DNA from: Candidatus Peribacteraceae bacterium
GTDB lineage: Bacteria; Patescibacteriota; Gracilibacteria; Peribacterales; Peribacteraceae
Direction of reading: 5' to 3'
Assembly: GCA_035547395.1 (NCBI GenBank)
Contig: DASZVA010000010.1
Span: 74,471 to 138,470, forward strand
Length of the DNA: 64,000 nt
Position 1 is the first letter of the stretch. Each line of letters opens with the position of its first letter. This document shows, one piece after another, positions 33,862 through 41,891 of the stretch. Made by a program: the position numbers and the translations under genes. The notes beneath the pieces are model-generated. The model searched no databases, had not been told where the DNA came from, and saw nothing but the letters and a program-made list of their open reading frames with translations.

Positions 33862-34680
33862 ATGGAGATTCTGAGTATTTTTCATTACGAGTTCATGATC
33901 CGCGCCTTCATCGCGGGGATCATCACGGCGGTCATCGCGCCGATGATCGGTATTTTCCTGGTGACGCGGCGCTACTCCTACATGGCAGACACGCTGTCGC
34001 ATGTGTCTCTGGCGGGCGTCGCGATCGGATACCTGACGGGCACCCAGCCGATCATCATGGCCATGGTTGTCTCGGCCGCAGCCGCGGTCTCGGTCGACCA
34101 GATCCGCATGAAGCGAAAGGTGTTCGGGGATTCGGCACTCATTCTCTTTCTATCGGGCGGACTCGCGGTGGCGGCGGTATTGCTCAGTATCTCTCGCGGA
34201 CTCAACGTCGATCTTTCAAGCGTGCTCTTCGGCAGCATTGCGACGGTGAATTCCACAGACATCAACATCATAGCCGTACTGGGCGTCTTGGTGATCGCGA
34301 CCATTCTCTTGTTCTACAAGGAACTGGTGTCGATCTCGTTTAATGAAGAACTGGCTGCGGCTGCCGGGCTCCGCGTGACCCTGATCAACCGTATTCTCGT
34401 GGTTCTCGCAGCCGTCACGGTATCGCTTTCCATGCGCATCGTCGGCATTCTCCTCATCGGTGCATTGATGGTGATCCCCGTGCTCGCGGCAATGCAGTTC
34501 AGTCGCGGGTTTAGGACGACGCTTCTGATCGCCATCGCCATTTCCCTCTTTTCCGTCATCACGGGTCTGTTCATTTCCTATTATCTCGATTTCTCTAGCG
34601 GGGGTACGATCGTGCTGATCGCCATCGCCATTTTCCTTGCGGCGGCTCTTCGTCCCGGCAGAAAGCACGCGGGCTCCTGA
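33862..34680 (+). CDS. metal ABC transporter permease (ZnuB-like, ABC-3 family)
   Basis: 272 aa, polytopic. Starts 3 nt after znuC. The family is assigned from operon position and the TM pattern. Confidence 0.8.
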   Translation: MEILSIFHYEFMIRAFIAGIITAVIAPMIGIFLVTRRYSYMADTLSHVSLAGVAIGYLTGTQPIIMAMVVSAAAAVSVDQIRMKRKVFGDSALILFLSGGLAVAAVLLSISRGLNVDLSSVLFGSIATVNSTDINIIAVLGVLVIATILLFYKELVSISFNEELAAAAGLRVTLINRILVVLAAVTVSLSMRIVGILLIGALMVIPVLAAMQFSRGFRTTLLIAIAISLFSVITGLFISYYLDFSSGGTIVLIAIAIFLAAALRPGRKHAGS

Positions 34681-34695
34681 TCCAGTTCTTCTCTC

Positions 34696-35121
34696 ATGAA
34701 TACGGAAGCATCCATCATCACCGCGCTGAAACAAAAAGGCCATCGCCTGACGCAGGCGCGCAGAGCGGTGATCGGATTCATACTCACCCAGGTCAAACCG
34801 TTTTCCGCTCTCGATGTCCACAATGCTTTGTCCAAGAAAGGAGTGAAGACGGACAAAGTGACCGTCTATCGCGAACTTGCGCTTCTCGCATCGGAAGGAT
34901 TTTTGCATGACGTGCAATTCGACGACGGCGTGAAGCGCTATGAACTCGCCGCACTCGATCATCATCACCACCTGGTTTGTATCAAGTGTAAAAAAATCGA
35001 CGATATTCATATGGAACATGATCTCGATACCATCGAGAAGACGATACGCAAGCAAAAGAAATTTGACGTGTTACGCCATTCGCTGGAATTCTACGGTCTG
35101 TGTGCACGTTGCACCCGCTAA
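34696..35121 (+). CDS. Fur-family metalloregulator, probably Zur
   Basis: N-terminal winged helix (GHRLTQARRAVIGFIL), then HHHHLVCIKC and a C-terminal CARC (two CxxC pairs). Sits in the znuABC operon. Confidence 0.8.
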   Translation: MNTEASIITALKQKGHRLTQARRAVIGFILTQVKPFSALDVHNALSKKGVKTDKVTVYRELALLASEGFLHDVQFDDGVKRYELAALDHHHHLVCIKCKKIDDIHMEHDLDTIEKTIRKQKKFDVLRHSLEFYGLCARCTR

Positions 35122-35135
35122 AGCACCACCTCTTC

Positions 35136-36311
35136 ATGCGCCGGATTTTTCTGCTGATCACCGTCTGCTTCTCGGTCGCTGCGTCGATGCCGCAGGTCTT
35201 TGCGCAGGAAAGCGCGACGACGGCAGATGCCGCCTCCGCACAAATATCGCAAATCTATGAAACGGCGAAGGTGATCGATATCGGCGCTGAGACACAGGAC
35301 ACGCCCTACGGCTATCAACGGATTACGCAGCCCGCCACGATGCTGATTACAGGCGGACCCGATGCGGGGCAGCGGATCAACATTCAGAACTACATCATGC
35401 AGAATCAGTCGAGCATCCGGCTGTCGAAGGGGGAATCGGTGGTGCTAATCAAAACAATACAACAGGACGGCAGCGCCACGTACTCCGTTTCCGATCAGTA
35501 CCGTATTCCGACGCTTGTCTGGCTGACGCTGATATTTATCGGCTGCACCATCCTCTTCGGCGGGTTTGCAGGACTCACGTCCCTCATCGGGCTCGGCATG
35601 AGCGTGCTGGTTCTCTTCCTCTATGTCATTCCGCGCATCATCGCCGGAGACAGTCCGCTGCTGACCTGTCTCATTGCGGCCGTGCTGATCGCCTGCACGT
35701 CACTCTACTTGGCGCACGGATTCAACCGGCGCATCTCCGTCGCCCTCCTCAGCACCATTGTGACGCTCGCGATTGCGTTTATTGTCGATATTATTTTCGT
35801 ATACATGGCTCAGTTGACGGGAATCAGTTCGGAGGAAGCGCTTTTTCTGCAAGTCGGCTCCCTGGCACATCTGGATATGCGCGGGCTTCTGCTCGGCGGC
35901 ATCATCCTCGGCTGTCTCGGCGTGCTCGACGACGTGACGACGGCACAGTGCGCCGCGGTGGAGGAAGTGAGCAGAGCCAACCCGCATCTGACGCCCAGAG
36001 AACTGCGCAAAGCCGGCCATTCCGTCGGCAAGGAACACATTGCGTCGCTCATCAATACGCTCGTGCTCGCGTATGTCGGCGCGTCGTTGCCGCTTCTTTT
36101 GTTATTTAAAACGCAAGCCGATGCGCCGGTTTGGATTACGTGGAACAGTCAGTACATTGCCGAGGAAATCGTGCGGACGCTCGTTGGCAGCCTGACTCTC
36201 GTGCTCGCCGTACCCATCTCCACATTCTTTGCCATTCGTTTGCTGCGCGCGAATCCCCAGCAGCTCAAAAAATCCGCGTCAACGAATAACATCATCATGC
36301 ACAAGCATTGA
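35136..36311 (+). CDS. YibE/F family membrane protein (paralog 1)
   Basis: Signal peptide, an extracytoplasmic domain of about 120 aa, then a polytopic region (CTSLYLAHGFNRRISVALLSTIVTL, GGIILGCLGVLDDVTTAQ). Start trimmed to ATG 35136; the track start is GTG. Confidence 0.65.
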   Translation: MRRIFLLITVCFSVAASMPQVFAQESATTADAASAQISQIYETAKVIDIGAETQDTPYGYQRITQPATMLITGGPDAGQRINIQNYIMQNQSSIRLSKGESVVLIKTIQQDGSATYSVSDQYRIPTLVWLTLIFIGCTILFGGFAGLTSLIGLGMSVLVLFLYVIPRIIAGDSPLLTCLIAAVLIACTSLYLAHGFNRRISVALLSTIVTLAIAFIVDIIFVYMAQLTGISSEEALFLQVGSLAHLDMRGLLLGGIILGCLGVLDDVTTAQCAAVEEVSRANPHLTPRELRKAGHSVGKEHIASLINTLVLAYVGASLPLLLLFKTQADAPVWITWNSQYIAEEIVRTLVGSLTLVLAVPISTFFAIRLLRANPQQLKKSASTNNIIMHKH

Positions 36312-36363
36312 TTCACGGAAAAGCGACACATTCTCCTTTCTTTTTCCTCTATAATTCCATTCC

Positions 36364-37539
36364 ATGAGCATGCTCTTGCGGTCTCTGGCAATCGCTGCCC
36401 TCTGCTGTGCGGTATCCGTTCCGGCTCTTGCGGCATCCAACGATGGATCCTCATCAGGACTAGATGCGACGAGCGATGATTTTCTGCAGGCGAAAGTATT
36501 GCAGATCGAAAGCGAAACCAAGCAGGATGACGGCACGACGGTGGAGCACGTGCAGCTGCAGGCGGTCGGCGGACCGCACGTCGGCGAGGAATTCAGTCTC
36601 GATAATACGATCATTCCCGGGGAAGGCGGGACGGTGATGAATCCGGGCGAAACGGTCGTGGTCGAGCGGCTGCAAAAGAGCGACGGTTCGATCGAGTATC
36701 AGTTCAAAGAAAAATATCGTCTTCCCCAGATCGGATGGCTTGTCTTTTTCTTCCTTCTGCTTGCGTTTATCATCGGCGGCAAGAGGGGGTTCACATCCAT
36801 TCTGGGGCTCGCCGTCAGCATTCTCATTCTGTTGTGGTTCGTCATCCCGCGCATCATCGCCGGCGGTGATCCGTTCTTCGTCAGTCTCTTCGGAGCTATT
36901 CTGATTGCATGCACTTCGCTCTATCTGGCGCATGGATTCAATAAACGAACTTCCATCGCTTTTTTGAGCACGATCGCGACGCTCGTTCTGGCGACGCTCA
37001 TCGATCTGCTGTTCGTCTTTGGCGCGAAACTCTTTGGCATGGGATCGGAAGAATCGCTCTATTTGCAATCGGGATCGCTGCAGAATATCGATCTGCGTGG
37101 ACTTCTGCTCGGCGGGATCATCATCGGTTGTCTGGGCGTGCTCGACGACATCACGACAGCACAGACGGCAACAATTGCGGAGATCAGCAAAGCCAACCCG
37201 ATGCTGACCGCAAAAGAATTGCGCGTGGCGGGACGGGCGGTCGGACGCGAACATATTGCGTCGCTCATCAATACGCTCGCGCTTGCCTATATCGGCGCAT
37301 CAATGCCGCTGTTTTTGCTTCTTGAAACGACAACCGATTTCCCGCTGTGGGTGACGCTCAACGGCGAAATCATTGCGGAAGAAGTGATCCGCACGCTTGT
37401 CGGCAGCGCAACATTGCTCGTTGCGGTTCCCGTGTCCACATGGCTCGCCGCATATTTTTTCCAGAACGGGCGCGAGCGCAGACAGAATGCGGGTGACACG
37501 GTGGCAGCCACGCACACGCACGGGTACCATCATCACTAA
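36364..37539 (+). CDS. YibE/F family membrane protein (paralog 2)
   Basis: Same architecture and motifs as paralog 1 (CTSLYLAHGFNKRTSIAFLSTIATL, GGIIIGCLGVLDDITTAQ). His-rich C-terminus ATHTHGYHHH. Confidence 0.65.
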   Translation: MSMLLRSLAIAALCCAVSVPALAASNDGSSSGLDATSDDFLQAKVLQIESETKQDDGTTVEHVQLQAVGGPHVGEEFSLDNTIIPGEGGTVMNPGETVVVERLQKSDGSIEYQFKEKYRLPQIGWLVFFFLLLAFIIGGKRGFTSILGLAVSILILLWFVIPRIIAGGDPFFVSLFGAILIACTSLYLAHGFNKRTSIAFLSTIATLVLATLIDLLFVFGAKLFGMGSEESLYLQSGSLQNIDLRGLLLGGIIIGCLGVLDDITTAQTATIAEISKANPMLTAKELRVAGRAVGREHIASLINTLALAYIGASMPLFLLLETTTDFPLWVTLNGEIIAEEVIRTLVGSATLLVAVPVSTWLAAYFFQNGRERRQNAGDTVAATHTHGYHHH

Positions 37540-37721
37540 TGATGCCCACGCTCACCGATTTCTGGATTTCAATCGTGATCACGTTCGTGCTGACGATCGC
37601 CATTTACAAATGGTTCGGGGACATCGGACTCGGATCATTTCCGGTTCTCACCTTCCTTTTCATTTCCGTTATCTCGTATGTTGCGACGGCGGGAATCCAT
37701 TGGCTAATTATCCAACTCTGA
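37539..37721 (+). CDS. small (60 aa) two-TM membrane protein, hypothetical
   Basis: The ATG overlaps the preceding TAA by 1 nt. The peptide is hydrophobic (FWISIVITFVLTIAIY ... VLTFLFISVISYVATAGIHWLII). Confidence 0.4.
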   Translation: MMPTLTDFWISIVITFVLTIAIYKWFGDIGLGSFPVLTFLFISVISYVATAGIHWLIIQL

Positions 37722-37765
37722 TTTATGCAGATGTTGTCTGAAAAAGAAAGATGGGTTAGTGGTTT

Positions 37766-37816
37766 TTAGTTATTAGTTATTGGTTCATCAGCATACAACC
37801 AATAACCAGTAACCAA
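37766..37816. terminator. long imperfect hairpin between convergent genes, built from heptamer repeats
   Basis: The left arm tagttattagttattggtt pairs with the right arm aaccaataaccagtaaccaata. The right side is (AACCAAT)-like x4 (37797..37824). On the minus strand a T-rich tract (ctttcttttt) follows the hairpin. Confidence 0.4.
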
Positions 37817-37831
37817 TAACGAATAACCTGT

Positions 37832-37966
37832 TTACTGCGTCGCCGCGTACAGGTACACCGCGAGCGTCGTCAGAAAAAGAACCGCACCCGCGAGCGCGAG
37901 GAACGGGAGTTCCTGCGAGATGTCGCGGAAGATACTGTGCCGTTGATAGGAGGGAGAAAGTCTCAT
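37832..37966 (-). CDS. possible 44-aa tail-anchored membrane peptide (not in the ORF track)
   Basis: ATG 37966 to TAA 37832..37834: MRLSPSYQRHSIFRDISQELPFLALAGAVLFLTTLAVYLYAATQ. The hairpin at 37766..37816 lies downstream. There is no C/U-rich leader or other support. Confidence 0.25.
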   Translation of the reverse strand: MRLSPSYQRHSIFRDISQELPFLALAGAVLFLTTLAVYLYAATQ

Positions 37967-38127
37967 GCTTCCTATGACTCTGCGGAGACTCTTTTCTTAC
38001 AAAAGTCCTCTTTCTTTGTCTTGTACGGAAGATAAAACCATCCTGGAAACACCTGGTGTCAAACCAACTTTCCTTCACGCGACTGCATCCGGCGTATGAT
38101 GCCGGCAATCCCTTCCCCCCACTTCTT

Positions 38128-38436
38128 ATGTGCGGTTCTCACTGTGAATGCGCGGGCTGCCGGGCGCACCGGTTCATCGTCGCGCTTCTTCTCATTTTAT
38201 CCGTCATCGTCGCGTTCGGCGGCGTGTGGCAAACGATTGTCATGCCGGGCACCTGGTCGCTTGGTTCCGCTGAGCAATCCTTTGCGCTGCTCGTGTTCGT
38301 CATTGCGTTGATGGCGTGGTTCAAGGTTGCGAAAAGACTCTGCGGATGTTCCCGCAAGAGCTGCTGCAGCATGTGCGGCAACTGTCCGTGCACCTGTGCA
38401 AACGGGAAGCCGGCGAACGGAAAAATGGCAAAATAA
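38128..38436 (+). CDS. Cys-rich two-TM membrane protein (102 aa, 12 Cys), putative metal-binding
   Basis: MCGSHCECAGCRAH, two hydrophobic helices, then CGCSRKSCCSMCGNCPCTC. Start trimmed from GTG 38056 to ATG 38128, which is preceded by the G-free leader atcccttccccccacttctt. Confidence 0.55.
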   Translation: MCGSHCECAGCRAHRFIVALLLILSVIVAFGGVWQTIVMPGTWSLGSAEQSFALLVFVIALMAWFKVAKRLCGCSRKSCCSMCGNCPCTCANGKPANGKMAK

Positions 38437-38463
38437 CCGGCTGTTTTCTGCCTCATCAGAAAA

Positions 38464-38485
38464 CCTCTCGCAAGGGAGGTTTTTT
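38464..38485 (+). terminator. rho-independent terminator
   Basis: CCTCTC-GCAA-GGGAGG (GNRA tetraloop) followed by T6. Confidence 0.7.
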
Positions 38486-38536
38486 GCATGTCCACGAATA
38501 AAAGTTCGAACAAAAATTATATTCAATTGAACGGCC

Positions 38537-38562
38537 GGGGACGGCTGCATTTCAGCCGCCCC
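38537..38562 (-). terminator. GC-rich hairpin downstream of the small SPW-like ORF
   Basis: GGGGACGGCTG / CAGCCGCCCC with a 5-nt loop. A T-rich tract follows about 15-20 nt downstream on the minus strand. Confidence 0.4.
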
Positions 38563-38571
38563 CGTGATTCT

Positions 38572-38736
38572 CTACGCTCTTTTGGCGCTAAACTCACCGG
38601 CGCCCCAGAACCCGAGTACTGCAATCACGATTCCGGTGATCACGAGCGTCCAGATGTAGGCTTGTCCCGTGAGTCCCAGGAAGGGTGTGATAAGCACCCA
38701 AAGGCCGAGAATACCGTTGACCCACTGCTGCCACAT
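38572..38736 (-). CDS. 54-aa SPW-repeat-like small membrane protein (not in the ORF track)
   Basis: MWQQWVNGILGLWVLITPFLGLTGQAYIWTLVITGIVIAVLGFWGAGEFSAKRA resembles SPW-repeat proteins (W.DWVN..LG.W..ISPW). It is preceded by a 25-nt G-free leader (catttatttctttccttctcttcat) and followed by a hairpin. Confidence 0.5.
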   Translation of the reverse strand: MWQQWVNGILGLWVLITPFLGLTGQAYIWTLVITGIVIAVLGFWGAGEFSAKRA

Positions 38737-38905
38737 ATGAAGAGAAGGAAAGAAATAAATGCAAGTTGTCTGCTTGCCGTATTTGCCGACGAATGGGCAT
38801 ATGCTTTCTTACAGTCTTTCTCTTGCATAAATCCCACCATATTTCGAAGATTTTTTACGTTCGTGTCCGTATCAAAATACGACCCGATACGGGTATGCTG
38901 ACGTC

Positions 38906-39295
38906 ATGCAGAAACGATCATTACCGGTCATCCTTCTCTGTTTACTGCTCGGCGCATGTACCGCCTCATCGGGTACCGCCGACGTTGGCGACGCCACCGG
39001 CAGCAGCGCATCCTCCGTCGCGGTGCCGCAGGATCCCGCGTCCGCGATCGATCTCTATACCAATCGGGCATTTCAGAACGATCCGGCTGCGCAAGCCGAG
39101 CTGGGCATGATCTATGAAAAAGGACTCGGTGTTGCAAAGGATCCGGTGACCGCATACGCGTGGTTCTTGCTTGCGGCGGATCAAAAGGATGACGACGGAA
39201 CAATCGGCGTGCAGCGATTGTCCCACGTACTCATGCCGCAGCAGATCGGTGCCGCAACGACATTGCACGACCAATTCAAAGCGTCGATTCGCTGA
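38906..39295 (+). CDS. Sel1-repeat (TPR-like) lipoprotein
   Basis: Lipobox LLLGAC. Sel1 motif AQAELGMIYEKGLGVAKDPVTAYAWFLLAA. Confidence 0.75.
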   Translation: MQKRSLPVILLCLLLGACTASSGTADVGDATGSSASSVAVPQDPASAIDLYTNRAFQNDPAAQAELGMIYEKGLGVAKDPVTAYAWFLLAADQKDDDGTIGVQRLSHVLMPQQIGAATTLHDQFKASIR

Positions 39296-39351
39296 ACGAG
39301 TATTTTGCATGCAAGTGCATTGCATGATCAGTCCAATGCTGCGAAAATGCC

Positions 39352-40212
39352 GTGACTATGCAGGCCATCGACCATCTTTTGCGCCCCATCGAGATCAAAG
39401 ACAAGCCCGTGTTCGACCGTTACCTGAAACAATTTCCGCAGCAGCTATCGGATTATTCATTCACGAATCTCGCATGCTGGAAGTGCCGCGGCAACACGTG
39501 GGCGGAACACGAGGGTCATCTCTTTATCTCATTTATCGACGGCGACGAGCGGGTGTACATGCCGCCCGTCGGTCCGAAGACCGAAGACATTATGCGTTCC
39601 ATGCCGAATGTTCATTGGTCGCGTCTCAACGAAACAATCGCGCATCAGATGCCTCCGCAACTTCCCGCGCACGTGCTCTGTCATAAAGCCGATTACGTCT
39701 ACAGCGTAAAGGAACTCATCGAACTTGCCGGCAAAAAATACGACGGCAAACGCAATTTCATTCGCAGAGTGGAGAAAGAAAATCCGGTCGTAAAAGCGCT
39801 GGATGCATCGTCGAGCGACGCGTGCTTCGGGCTGTACGAAACGTGGTATCAGAATTTTGAGCACAAGACCCGCACGCTGGAAGAAGAGCGGTCTGCATTC
39901 AAGATCGCACTCGATCATTACGCAGAACTGGATCTCAGAGGGATCGGTGTCTGGATCGGCGGCAATCTCAAAGCTTATGCGATCGGCGATCAGCTGAGTG
40001 ATGCGATGACGGTGGAAATTTTTGAGAAAGCGACGACCGATGTCACCGGTATGTATCAGTACGTGCTGCATGCGTATGCAAAAAGTCTCGATCCGTCCGT
40101 GACGCTTCTCAACCGGGAAGAGGATCTGAACATCGCGAGTCTGCGCAAAGCCAAAGAGAGCTGGTACCCGATCGAGTTGCTGCAGAAGTATGAAGTGACG
40201 GCAAAGGAATGA
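39352..40212 (+). CDS. DUF2156 domain protein (stand-alone homolog of the MprF C-terminal lysyl-PG synthase domain)
   Basis: The N-terminal pattern IEIKDKPVFDRYLKQFPQQLSDYSFTNLACWK matches my recollection of the DUF2156 family signature. About 286 aa. Confidence 0.6.
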   Translation: MTMQAIDHLLRPIEIKDKPVFDRYLKQFPQQLSDYSFTNLACWKCRGNTWAEHEGHLFISFIDGDERVYMPPVGPKTEDIMRSMPNVHWSRLNETIAHQMPPQLPAHVLCHKADYVYSVKELIELAGKKYDGKRNFIRRVEKENPVVKALDASSSDACFGLYETWYQNFEHKTRTLEEERSAFKIALDHYAELDLRGIGVWIGGNLKAYAIGDQLSDAMTVEIFEKATTDVTGMYQYVLHAYAKSLDPSVTLLNREEDLNIASLRKAKESWYPIELLQKYEVTAKE

Positions 40213-40226
40213 ACTGCGTTGCTTGA

Positions 40227-40850
40227 TCACCGCACTGCGTCCGTATAGACGACCAATCTGTGATCATATCGTTGGAGCGCTCCGTTCCACGTGCCGTCGC
40301 AGGTGATGAGATTCAAGTGCGAGCCCGTCGCCGTTCCGAAAATTTTCTGCATCGGCGGATTGTCCGTCATGTAACTGTGCATCGATGTCACGCGAAATTG
40401 ATGCGTGTTGCCCGCGGTATCGATGACCGAGACAGTGTCGCCGGGTTTCAATTCATCCAGATGCCAGAACACCGCCGCGCCTATGTACGAATCCAGATGT
40501 CCCGCCATCACCGCGTTTCCCGTTTCCCCCGGACGCGGACCGAGGTCGTACCAGCCGACGTCGTTCCATCCCTTCGGAGCGTCCATCGATCCGTCGCTCA
40601 AAAGCCCCACGTCTTCCACCGGCGCGTTCACCTTGATCGACGGGATCACCAGGCGCGCCGGTTTGGTCGTTGTTTCCACCGACGATGATCGCGGCGGGTC
40701 GAATGCGGGCGACTGCGAAATCGGTTGATGCAATTTTGTGATAACGGCAAGTATAGCCGTACCAGCCAGGATGAATGTCATCACGTATGTAGAGCCGGCA
40801 CGCACATCGAGCGCTATTACGCTCGCACGGGAAGACGTGAAAAACTTCAT
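40227..40850 (-). CDS. sortase family transpeptidase
   Basis: N-terminal TM helix. Catalytic His (VMAGHLDS), Cys (LNLITCDG, the TLxTC motif) and Arg (HRLVVYT). Confidence 0.85.
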   Translation of the reverse strand: MKFFTSSRASVIALDVRAGSTYVMTFILAGTAILAVITKLHQPISQSPAFDPPRSSSVETTTKPARLVIPSIKVNAPVEDVGLLSDGSMDAPKGWNDVGWYDLGPRPGETGNAVMAGHLDSYIGAAVFWHLDELKPGDTVSVIDTAGNTHQFRVTSMHSYMTDNPPMQKIFGTATGSHLNLITCDGTWNGALQRYDHRLVVYTDAVR

Positions 40851-40942
40851 AGGAAACGGATCCCATGACGATGCATGTCATGTTTCCTGTCCGATTTTTT
40901 CGCAGGTTTTTTTCCGCCGAAATCCTTCTATACTGCTGTTCG

Positions 40943-41287
40943 ATGAACTATCCGTTCTGGACGCGCGTCGCGTTGACCCTCTTCGGATTACTGCTGATCG
41001 CCTACAGCAGTTTGCTCGTATCCAACATGATCTGCCGTACGTCGCTCAGATCCTGCCGCACGAGTGCCGATTGCGAACAGGGGACGGCATGCATCAATTA
41101 TGGCTCCGGAGAAGTGCGCTGCACGCCCGCTTACTGCTCATCGATCCACAAGAGCACTCTCAACGTGCAGGCGATGACCCAGCGCGCGGCGGGAGTGATT
41201 TCGATGGAAGCGGCGCGGTTCGGATTGTGGATCGTTCATTTTGAGAAAACGAAGATACTGCCGTTCATGACGAGTCCGAAGAAATAA
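40943..41287 (+). CDS. hypothetical membrane-anchored Cys-containing protein
   Basis: MNYPFWTRVALTLFGLLLIAYSSLLV, then CRTSLRSCRTSADCEQGTACINYGSGEVRCTPAYC. Start trimmed to ATG 40943. Confidence 0.4.
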   Translation: MNYPFWTRVALTLFGLLLIAYSSLLVSNMICRTSLRSCRTSADCEQGTACINYGSGEVRCTPAYCSSIHKSTLNVQAMTQRAAGVISMEAARFGLWIVHFEKTKILPFMTSPKK

Positions 41288-41381
41288 TCGCTGGATGACG
41301 CGCGGAATATCAATAGGAGAATATGTAAAAAAAGAGACAGCGTAGAATAAAAAAGTAGATCAGCATTTTTATCTAAAGCAA

Positions 41382-41409
41382 GGGACGATTCGAATGTTCG
41401 AATCGTCCC
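41382..41409 (-). terminator. perfect 13-bp hairpin downstream of the STAS gene
   Basis: GGGACGATTCGAA / TTCGAATCGTCCC. On the minus strand it is followed by ttgctttag. Confidence 0.5.
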
Positions 41410-41429
41410 CAAAAGCGTCGGATGCCCAT

Positions 41430-41807
41430 TTAACTGCTTCGCATTTTGCCGATGGCGCTTTTAACGTTTTGTTCCATCAGCTCAAGCGTATCGCAATGCA
41501 CAATGGCGAAGATCGTGGCGACCTCTTTGCACATACATGCGAAAAGGATTTTTTTCCCGCGCTCACAAAGATTTTCTCTCAATGCGAGTAACGGTGAGAG
41601 TGCGGCGGAGGAAAAGAATGTCACGTTCGAAAAGTCGAGGATCATGTTTCTGTTTTCTTCTGCCGCAATTCCCAGACATATTCTTATGTTTTCGATCTGG
41701 GCTTCATCCAAGATCTTCGAGCGGCTAAATCGCAGAATGAGAATCTCTCCCTCCTCTCGTTGTTCAAATACTTGTATCCCCGCTACACATGTCGTGCTCG
41801 TATCCAT
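41430..41807 (-). CDS. STAS-domain protein (anti-sigma-factor antagonist-like)
   Basis: ILDFSNVTFFSSAALSPLLALRENL and the overall size fit SpoIIAA-like STAS domains. This is the only gene here with a canonical AAGGAG 6 nt upstream of its ATG. Confidence 0.7.
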   Translation of the reverse strand: MDTSTTCVAGIQVFEQREEGEILILRFSRSKILDEAQIENIRICLGIAAEENRNMILDFSNVTFFSSAALSPLLALRENLCERGKKILFACMCKEVATIFAIVHCDTLELMEQNVKSAIGKMRSS

Positions 41808-41891
41808 CTCGCGCTCCTTGCCACATATGTTAAAAAACGGACAATGACGTTTGATTATTGTGAAACTCCTATTTCCATTGTCAAATCCTAT

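Noticed and set aside
38488-38901. A 137-aa plus-strand ORF, two minus-strand ORFs (38594..38800, 38640..38840), and 37788..38108 (-).
   Set aside because: Their translations are implausible: no hydrophobic or structural pattern, and they cross terminators. The region is better explained by the 54-aa SPW-like ORF in the third minus frame plus intergenic hairpins.
3630-40850. A search for LPXTG-type sorting signals that would link the sortase (40227..40850) to the giant or 1,258-aa proteins.
   Set aside because: Neither C-terminus contains an LPXTG/LAXTG-like motif. The giant protein ends in a plain TM helix plus basic tail, and the partner ends ...SSGQTLP. No sortase substrate can be named from this window.
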